From Synechococcus sp. (GTDB lineage Bacteria; Cyanobacteriota; Cyanobacteriia; Thermostichales; PCC-7336): a stretch of DNA of 15,911 bases. The notes beneath the pieces were generated by a model, which was given only the letters and a program-made list of their open reading frames with translations, was not told the origin of the DNA and did no database searches. The position numbers and the translations under genes were made by a program. Shown here piece after piece: positions 15,202-15,911 of this stretch; position 1 is the stretch's first letter; each line of letters opens with the position of its first letter. The stretch covers positions 1-15,911 of the forward strand of contig JBFRWN010000100.1 in assembly GCA_051439605.1 (NCBI GenBank), in the 5' to 3' direction.

Positions 15202-15911
15202 ATGGTAAACAGCACTCCGTTTTTCTTCTCCCCCGGTGCCGACTCTCCCGGTATTGGAGGCGCTGAAGACATCGTCCACTTCGATGGAAACGGCAACTTT
15301 AATATTGTCTTCAATGGCTCTACTTTGGGGCTGTCTAGCAAAAATATTGATGGTATTGACTTCATCGCTCAAAACAAAATCCTGATTTCATTTGCAAACT
15401 CAAGTACTTCTCTGCCAGGCTTGGGCGCCATAGATGATTCTGACGTGGTCCTGTTTGAAGCCACCTCCCTTGGCTCGGGCACTGCCGCTGGTACTTTTTC
15501 TATGTTTCTGGACGGCAGCAGCATCGGCTTAACCACTAATAATGAGGATATTGACGGCCTCACGTTAATGGAGGACGGCAGCCTGCTGTTTTCAACCACA
15601 GGGCAGGCACGTCTGGGTGGGGTGACGCTGAATGATGAAGATATCGGGCGTTGGGATCCCCTGACTGGGACCGTAACTCGCTATTTTGACGGCAGCGATG
15701 TAAGCCTGACCAACAGCAGTGAAGATGTTAATGCGGTCAGCCAAAGCAATGGGGATTTGCTGCTATCGACCACCGGAAATTTGTCCGTACCTGGTCTATT
15801 TGCTAGAGATGACGATGTTTCTGTCTTTAATCCAACGTCACTGGGCCCGACAACTCGAGGGTCATTTGACAGAGAGCTGTTCTTTGATGGCAGTAGGGTA
15901 GGTTTCTTCCG
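15202..15911 (+). CDS. FDGS-repeat (probable beta-propeller) extracellular protein, 3' truncated by the window edge
   Basis: ATG 15202 opens a frame with no stop to the window end (236 codons): MVNSTPFFFSPGADSPGIGGAEDIVHFDGNGNFNIVFNGSTLGLSSKNIDGIDF... It has about four ~60-aa repeats with cores FNGSTLGL, FLDGSSIGL, YFDGSDVSL and FFDGSRVGF. It is absent from the ORF track. Confidence 0.88.
   Translation, partial: MVNSTPFFFSPGADSPGIGGAEDIVHFDGNGNFNIVFNGSTLGLSSKNIDGIDFIAQNKILISFANSSTSLPGLGAIDDSDVVLFEATSLGSGTAAGTFSMFLDGSSIGLTTNNEDIDGLTLMEDGSLLFSTTGQARLGGVTLNDEDIGRWDPLTGTVTRYFDGSDVSLTNSSEDVNAVSQSNGDLLLSTTGNLSVPGLFARDDDVSVFNPTSLGPTTRGSFDRELFFDGSRVGFF

Noticed and set aside
14983..15901. Short ORFs 14983..15177, 14999..15199, 15171..15365, 15369..15599 and 15719..15901
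   Set aside because: The first two are Cys/Phe-rich chance ORFs in an AT-rich promoter region. The rest are shadows of the real CDS starting at 15202.
1..15911. CRISPR array, tRNA, riboswitch, retron or other defence system
   Set aside because: I saw no regularly spaced direct repeats, cloverleaf, recognisable riboswitch core, or nuclease/reverse transcriptase motifs. The structured RNA at 171-340 fits 6S rather than an OMEGA/HEARO RNA, and there is no adjacent IscB/TnpB ORF.

Overview
Cyanobacterial DNA, judged from about 13 hand-counted HIP1 octamers (GCGATCGC) and many CGATCG cores. From left to right: a near-consensus sigma70 promoter firing off the left edge (probably an rRNA operon leader), a divergent 6S RNA (ssaA/ssrS) and a 93-bp IS630-type MITE. 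Next is a tightly coupled four-gene minus-strand operon of unknown function (2-TM protein, beta-repeat lipoprotein, degenerate FHA protein with a Cys4/Tyr-rich/acidic tail, GT-B glycosyltransferase). After a 1.1-kb AT-rich divergent control region comes an intact [NiFe]-hydrogenase maturation cluster hypF-hypC-hypD-hypE, with no hypA/hypB or structural genes in the window. Two convergent pseudogenes follow (an FmdE-like gene directly after hypE and a frameshifted sulfotransferase). The right end holds a large secreted single-CxxCH cytochrome c-family protein with a terminator, an IS630 remnant, and the start of an FDGS-repeat surface protein that the ORF track missed and that runs off the edge. 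The best candidates for undescribed biology are the four-gene envelope operon and the FmdE-like gene attached to the hyp cluster. All family assignments come from motif recognition by eye, not from database searches.
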